Assembly: GCA_963745075.1 (NCBI GenBank)
Contig: CAVUWV010000012.1
Coordinates: forward strand, 128,001 to 192,000
Length of the DNA stretch: 64,000 nucleotides
Direction of reading: 5' to 3'
DNA from: Candidatus Hydrogenedentota bacterium
GTDB taxonomy: Bacteria > Hydrogenedentota > Hydrogenedentia > Hydrogenedentales > SLHB01
The position numbers and the translations under genes were made by a program. Below the pieces are notes generated by a model. It made no database searches. It was given only the letters and a program-made list of their open reading frames with translations, and was not told the origin of the DNA. Positions 59,203 through 64,000 of this stretch are shown here, piece by piece (within the stretch, counting starts at the first letter, position 1; the number at the start of each line of letters is the position of its first letter).

Positions 59203-61671
59203 CTATTCCCCTTCCGCACGATAATCGTAGACCTGCACCTTGGTCCAGTATTTCGAGAACTCCTTGAGGAACGCCTGATGCCCCGGGCTTGGCAGGTAGG
59301 CGTTCAACGCCGCCTCATCCCGCAGCACCACGGTAAGCCCTACCGTGTAACTGTCATCCGCAATTGGGCGGTCGGCAGCGAGGGGTCGTCCATAGCGAAC
59401 CGATTCAACGCCATCGATGGTTTTGAGGCTTTCGAGACCCTGCATGAAGGCGGCCTCCTGTTCGTCGGTGAGTTCGTGAGCGAGCCAGAAGAGCACCGTG
59501 TGCACGACGGGCTGCGCCAAGCGTTCGTTAATCGTCGGCGGGTTGTCCGACGAGAAGGTATCGATGACTCCAATCTCCGTGCCGTCAGGTTTGAACGCTA
59601 TCGTTTCTGCCTTCCACGAATCCTCGCCGACTGCGACGCGGACATACTCGTTCACGAGCCCATGTTCATAGCCCGGGATGTCCTGGGCGCCACCGACGGT
59701 CATGTGCGGCCAATCTTTTACCACCGGTTCGTCGATGTCCAGCCAGCTCCCGCCGCCCGTGATGCAGTAGTACACGCCGTTTAGGTACCCCCGCTCGTAT
59801 TCGTGGGTATGGCCGCTGAAGACCGCATCAACCCCGTACCGTTCGAGCAACGGGACGAGCTGCGCGCGCATCGTGGACTCGCCGTCGATCCAAATCTCAC
59901 AAAACGGCGGCTCGTGGATAAACAGGAATGTAAACTTGGCGTCCTGGTGCGCTTTCAAATCGCCCTCGACCCAATGGAAAATATCAGGCCACTCGGTTTC
60001 GTAGTCGATGCAGACGAAGTGGCAGTCCGCATAGTCGAAGGAGTAACTGCCGTATCCCGCGTCATAACAAGGCTCGTTCTTGCTCGGGAACGACGCAAAC
60101 TTCCGCAGGATCGCCCCGCGATAATCATCGTGGTTACCCCAGGCAATGAAAAAGGGCCGTTTTGCGCCGAGGTGCACTGCCACGCGATTCAGGAAGAAGT
60201 TGCGCGTGTCTTCGTACGAGCCGCCGTCTTCCGCCATATCACCGCACGCGACGCCGAAGTTCACCCCGCTCGCGACCATATGGTCGAACATGCTGTTGGT
60301 GGGCTCGTAGATATCGGCTTCGTACGCACCGTGGTTGTGACCCTGGCTGTCGCTCCAGACGGAAAACGCAAACGGTACCGGTTCCGCCGGCGAGGTCGTA
60401 AAGTCAACGGTACCCTCGATCCGAAAGTTGCTCGTTCCGTCTTGCGTCAGCACCGCCGTGGCCGCGTAGGCCGTTCCGGGTTTCAGGCCGTTAAGCTCCG
60501 CCGTGTAAATGTAGCTGTCAAACCCCGACGGGGTGCACGTCGCGGCAACCCGTTTATTCGTACCGGAGACCTCGACTGCCCCATTCAATGCGCCATTGGT
60601 CTCCCACATGATAGTGATGCCGTCCGGCTTCACGCTCATCATGTACGGGGGCGTCAGGAACTCGGCTTTTGGCGTTCCCGCGACATCAACCATCGCGCAG
60701 AGTTGGGGGGACGTTTCAGCGCCGTACTCGTCCTTAATCTCGATGGATACCGGATAGTGCCCGGCTACCTGAAACGCATGGGTCGCGCTGACGGGTTCTC
60801 CGGAGGCCTGCAAATCAGACCAGGGCGTCAGCGCGGTGTGCGCGCCCGAGTACAACCGGTAGCGGATGCGGTCACCCTGCGGATCCGATACCGGGATGGT
60901 GAACTGAACCGCTTCGCCTGTCTCCGCCGTGAGTTCCGCCGGGTTGCCGCTATAGGCAGCGGCGGTATTGTTCGGGCTGGGGGGGCGAATGTAGGCGATC
61001 GATTTCACCTCCTCGGAACTCAACGCGTGGCCGTAGATCGCGATTCTGGAGACCGTCACTTCCCGGTCGTCGCCGTCGTCATCGGCAAAGAAGAGCACGC
61101 CCCTCGGGTCGAGCGAAAACCGGTGATCCACGTCGGGCGCTTTCGCGTGATTGACGAGTTCACCGTTGAGGTACACGTTGTACTGTCTCTTAAGGAGATC
61201 CGCGCAAATGATGAGCCGGTGCCAGGCGCCCGGTTGGAACGACCATTGCGGCGAAAAGCCGATGAACCCGCTGCCGAGCACCCCTTCCCGATTAAGCGTC
61301 TCGAAATCCGTGTCATTGTCGTTCGCGAGGGTCGTTTGGAGAATCGCGTGCCCGTCGGTGTCTATCGGAGTCTTGAAATCGATGCACAACGAATAAGCAT
61401 TGACCCGGCGATGGCCGGGTTCTGCCGCAATGCCGTGGACAGCTTCGTAGTAACTGCCTTTGCCAATCGTACAAGCGCCATCCCCCTCGGTTACGCCCGT
61501 CGTCGGCTGCTGTTCCCCGTGGAGCACCAGGTCACTGCCGATGGTTGCCGCCAACGGGTTGGCCGCATCGTCGAACTCCCAAAGGGCGACGGGCGAGGGA
61601 ACGGCGCCAAGACAAAGGCCGCTCGAGGCGAATCCGAAAATGGAAACAGAAAGGACATGAACCAAGCGCAT
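59203..61671 (-). CDS. Secreted multidomain protein: LamG-like, PKD-like, Fn3/purple acid phosphatase-type metallophosphoesterase, C-terminal Dabb domain
   Basis: WHRLI/YLNG/ALSSEEV (LamG); SDSQ, GDM, GNHD, HEP, GHTH; VVHTVLFWL...AYLPSPGHQAF...VQVYDY (Dabb). Confidence 0.82.
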   Translation of the reverse strand: MRLVHVLSVSIFGFASSGLCLGAVPSPVALWEFDDAANPLAATIGSDLVLHGEQQPTTGVTEGDGACTIGKGSYYEAVHGIAAEPGHRRVNAYSLCIDFKTPIDTDGHAILQTTLANDNDTDFETLNREGVLGSGFIGFSPQWSFQPGAWHRLIICADLLKRQYNVYLNGELVNHAKAPDVDHRFSLDPRGVLFFADDDGDDREVTVSRIAIYGHALSSEEVKSIAYIRPPSPNNTAAAYSGNPAELTAETGEAVQFTIPVSDPQGDRIRYRLYSGAHTALTPWSDLQASGEPVSATHAFQVAGHYPVSIEIKDEYGAETSPQLCAMVDVAGTPKAEFLTPPYMMSVKPDGITIMWETNGALNGAVEVSGTNKRVAATCTPSGFDSYIYTAELNGLKPGTAYAATAVLTQDGTSNFRIEGTVDFTTSPAEPVPFAFSVWSDSQGHNHGAYEADIYEPTNSMFDHMVASGVNFGVACGDMAEDGGSYEDTRNFFLNRVAVHLGAKRPFFIAWGNHDDYRGAILRKFASFPSKNEPCYDAGYGSYSFDYADCHFVCIDYETEWPDIFHWVEGDLKAHQDAKFTFLFIHEPPFCEIWIDGESTMRAQLVPLLERYGVDAVFSGHTHEYERGYLNGVYYCITGGGSWLDIDEPVVKDWPHMTVGGAQDIPGYEHGLVNEYVRVAVGEDSWKAETIAFKPDGTEIGVIDTFSSDNPPTINERLAQPVVHTVLFWLAHELTDEQEAAFMQGLESLKTIDGVESVRYGRPLAADRPIADDSYTVGLTVVLRDEAALNAYLPSPGHQAFLKEFSKYWTKVQVYDYRAEGE

Positions 61672-61821
61672 GGAATTACGTACTCCTTCATCGAGAGAAA
61701 CTGCAACGAATAGCCGCGAGTATTGGTAGTGTACTGAACGTCGGAAGGCAATGAAAGTCATTCGCGCCGGTTGCGCGCCTGCGAATCTGACCGGCCGGGT
61801 GAAAGCCGCTATGAATTGGAA

Positions 61822-61845
61822 AGACGCCCCCGAGTGGGGGCGTCT
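61822..61845 (-). terminator. Intrinsic terminator after the PilZ gene
   Basis: agacgccccc-gagt-gggggcgtct, with a short U run on the minus strand. Confidence 0.7.
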
Positions 61846-61915
61846 CTTCCACTGTCACGTGGGTGTCATGACAGGAGGGGTGAGGAGCACTTGGTGGCCT
61901 TTCGGCCGAAAAAAA

Positions 61916-62284
61916 CTATACCGCTGCGTATGCCGGGGTCGGCCACGTGCCATCGAGGTACGAGCCGAGGCACCCTCGCTCGTCGTCGGACAGGTCGACA
62001 AAACGCACTCCGAACGTGTGCAGCCGGTTGGCTTGCGTGCGCGCCCAGCAGATCCGTCCTTTGCACTCGATGGGCCCGCCGGATCGGTCCAGCTGCATCC
62101 GGATAAGCACCCGTTCTCCCACCACGACGGGGCGCATGCTGCTGAAACGCGCGCCTTCCACCGCGAGATCTTCCGATACAGTCCCTCGCGCGGTTTTTTC
62201 GTGATGGAAGTCAAGCCAAGCACATACGGCAACTTTGTGCCGTGGGTGCCTGCGTGCTTCCTGCTGTGCTCTTTCCGTACTCAT
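61916..62284 (-). CDS. Stand-alone PilZ domain protein
   Basis: RRHPR (RxxxR), DLAVEG (D/NxSxxG variant), FGVRF. Confidence 0.85.
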   Translation of the reverse strand: MSTERAQQEARRHPRHKVAVCAWLDFHHEKTARGTVSEDLAVEGARFSSMRPVVVGERVLIRMQLDRSGGPIECKGRICWARTQANRLHTFGVRFVDLSDDERGCLGSYLDGTWPTPAYAAV

Positions 62285-62710
62285 CAATCCTACTCCGACA
62301 TTGGCGCCGGAAACCCCGATCAGACTGAGGTTGCAGCGTATCCCTCTCACCTTACTATCCCTTGCGACTGGTTGTGGGTTCCATGACTTCCGAGCAACCC
62401 CGCGGCGATTGCTCGCCGCCCTCGTTTCACCATCTAAGACACCATGCGCCTGGGAAAGGTTTACTGGTTCAAATCCCGCTGTTCCATTCTTCACTGTCGA
62501 CGTATACCGTGGTCTATTCATTCACGAATCATCTGAAACTGTGCCATTTTGTGACACCGGCCAAAACACTTAGCCTATAGGGATGACGCAGAGTATGCGC
62601 ATCAGAGCCCTCTCCGGATTGCGCATAAAGCCGCGCAGTCCTTGCCGGAGATACGAAGGCGGCGAATAACCGCCCCTCTTAGGGGTAATGGTAGGATCGG
62701 TCACACCCGA

Positions 62711-63733
62711 TCAGATGAAGCGGGATTGCGGATCTTGCGGTGGGGTCTTGCCCACGTGTTTGTAGGCAAGCGGCGTGGCAACGCGGCCTTGGGGAGTGCG
62801 TTTCATGAAGCCGATCTGGATCAAGTAGGGTTCGTGGACCTCCTCGAGAGTCTGCGCTTCTTCCCCGACCGCGACGGCTAGGGAAGACAGCCCCACCGGG
62901 CCACCGCCGAATTTGTCTATCACCGTGTGAAGAATGGACTTATCCATGTCGTCGAGGCCCAGTCCGTCAATTCGCTGGAGCCGGAGTGCCGCATCGGCAA
63001 GCGCCTGCGTAATCACCCCGTCCCCCTTGACTTGCGCATAGTCGCGCACGCGCCGCAGCAGACGATTCGCCACCCGCGCGGTGCCCCGGCTGCGCGCCGC
63101 AATCTCCAGCGCCCCGTCGGGCTCGATTTCCACCCCCAGAATGCGTGCCGACCGCGTCACAATCGCCTCCAATTCCTCAGGCGAATAGAACTCGAACCGG
63201 CAGGTATCCCCGAACCGTGCGCGCAACGGCGGCGTCAGCAGGCCGGAGCGGGTGGTAGCGCCGAACAGTGTGAAGGGTTTCAATCCAATCTTCATGGACC
63301 GGGCCGTGGGACCTTTGCCCAGCATGATATCGACCTCGAAATCCTCCATCGCCGAATACAGGGTTTCCTCCACGGCGTGATTTAGCCGGTGGATTTCGTC
63401 GATGAAAAGCACGTCAAACTCTTCCAAACTCGTCAGAATCGCGCTGAGATCGGCCTGCCGTTCGATGACCGGGCCCGCCGTCGATTTGATGTCGACCCCC
63501 ATCTCCTGGGCCAGAATGCGCGCCAGCGTCGTCTTACCCAGCCCCGGAGGCCCCGACAACAGCATATGATCCAGCGGTTCCTTGCGCGCTTTTGCGGCGG
63601 CGATGGAGATGCGGAGTTTCTCTTTGATCGCCTCTTGGCCGGGAAAGTCGTCCAACCGCTCCGGCCGGATCCGTTCGTCGTATTCCCGATCCTCGCCGGT
63701 GGCTCGTCCGTCCAGTACTTCCTCTTCCGCCAT
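62711..63733 (-). CDS. ruvB: Holliday junction branch migration helicase RuvB
   Basis: [39 protein letters not shown]. Confidence 0.98.
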   Translation of the reverse strand: MAEEEVLDGRATGEDREYDERIRPERLDDFPGQEAIKEKLRISIAAAKARKEPLDHMLLSGPPGLGKTTLARILAQEMGVDIKSTAGPVIERQADLSAILTSLEEFDVLFIDEIHRLNHAVEETLYSAMEDFEVDIMLGKGPTARSMKIGLKPFTLFGATTRSGLLTPPLRARFGDTCRFEFYSPEELEAIVTRSARILGVEIEPDGALEIAARSRGTARVANRLLRRVRDYAQVKGDGVITQALADAALRLQRIDGLGLDDMDKSILHTVIDKFGGGPVGLSSLAVAVGEEAQTLEEVHEPYLIQIGFMKRTPQGRVATPLAYKHVGKTPPQDPQSRFI

Positions 63734-63736
63734 ACC

Positions 63737-64000
63737 CTACACCTTCGCCATCGATCGCAACGCCGCCCGCACCAGATCTTCGTCGGATGCGCCGTCGCCC
63801 AGCTTCTTTCGCGCCGCGGAGGCGGCTTTTTTCGCTTCACCCATGGTGCATCCCAGCGAGCACAGCGCCGCAATAACGTCGTCCGCGTCTGGGGCTGCTT
63901 CCTCCGCCTCGCCCAAGATCGCGTTCAAGTCCGCGTCCTGCTTCAACTTAGCCTTCATTTCGAGGATGATGCGTTGCGCGCCCTTCTTTCCAATACCGCT
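63737..64000 (-). CDS. ruvA: RuvA, C-terminal part (truncated by the window edge)
   Basis: GIGKKGAQRIILEMK HhH motif and domain III (ALCSLG...LVRAAL), immediately upstream of ruvB. Confidence 0.95.
   Translation of the reverse strand, partial: SGIGKKGAQRIILEMKAKLKQDADLNAILGEAEEAAPDADDVIAALCSLGCTMGEAKKAASAARKKLGDGASDEDLVRAALRSMAKV

Noticed and set aside
59803..61713. Long antisense ORFs (also 2655-3824, 18870-20360, 31647-33188, 46116-47642)
   Set aside because: Shadow frames opposite well-supported genes, expected in high-GC DNA.
62467..62477. GGTTCAAATCC resembling a tRNA T-loop
   Set aside because: Flanks do not pair into a T-stem and no cloverleaf can be built.

Overview
High-GC bacterial chromosomal window. 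Gene content (many Tat-exported Gfo/Idh/MocA oxidoreductases, HEAT-DUF1080, sulfatase, heparinase-like lyase, FG-GAP/TPR) suggests a PVC-like or Candidatus Hydrogenedentota-like organism, but this is inference only. It holds about 50 CDS. (1) 0-9 kb and 14.6-28 kb are mostly exported carbohydrate/redox enzymes. (2) 9-13.5 kb is a repeat-saturated interval: helically phased CRCRRA repeat clusters, REP/REPIN pairs, dRS3-like palindromes and a 68-bp duplication enclose two convergent, foreign-looking genes (TPR-HEPN LA2681-like and FRG domain), followed by an archaeal-type thymidylate synthase. (3) 28.3-31.4 kb is an encapsulated-ferritin/encapsulin locus behind two sigma54-type promoters. (4) 33.6-37.1 kb has two sensor kinases. 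(5) 38.8-43.2 kb has IorAB-like molybdoenzyme genes and an intradiol dioxygenase. (6) 43.4-47.5 kb is a general-stress cluster (coiled-coil lipoprotein, DUF1328, entericidin, TrkA-C, CBS, fdhA) with divergent sigma54-type promoters. (7) The remainder has a MalT/LuxR regulator with a methyltransferase, a sulfatase, two tandem paralogous membrane proteins, a PLD, a LamG-phosphatase-Dabb fusion, PilZ, ruvB and the 3' end of ruvA. Four genes carry single-base frameshifts, probably sequencing errors. I saw no rRNA, tRNA, CRISPR array or transposase.
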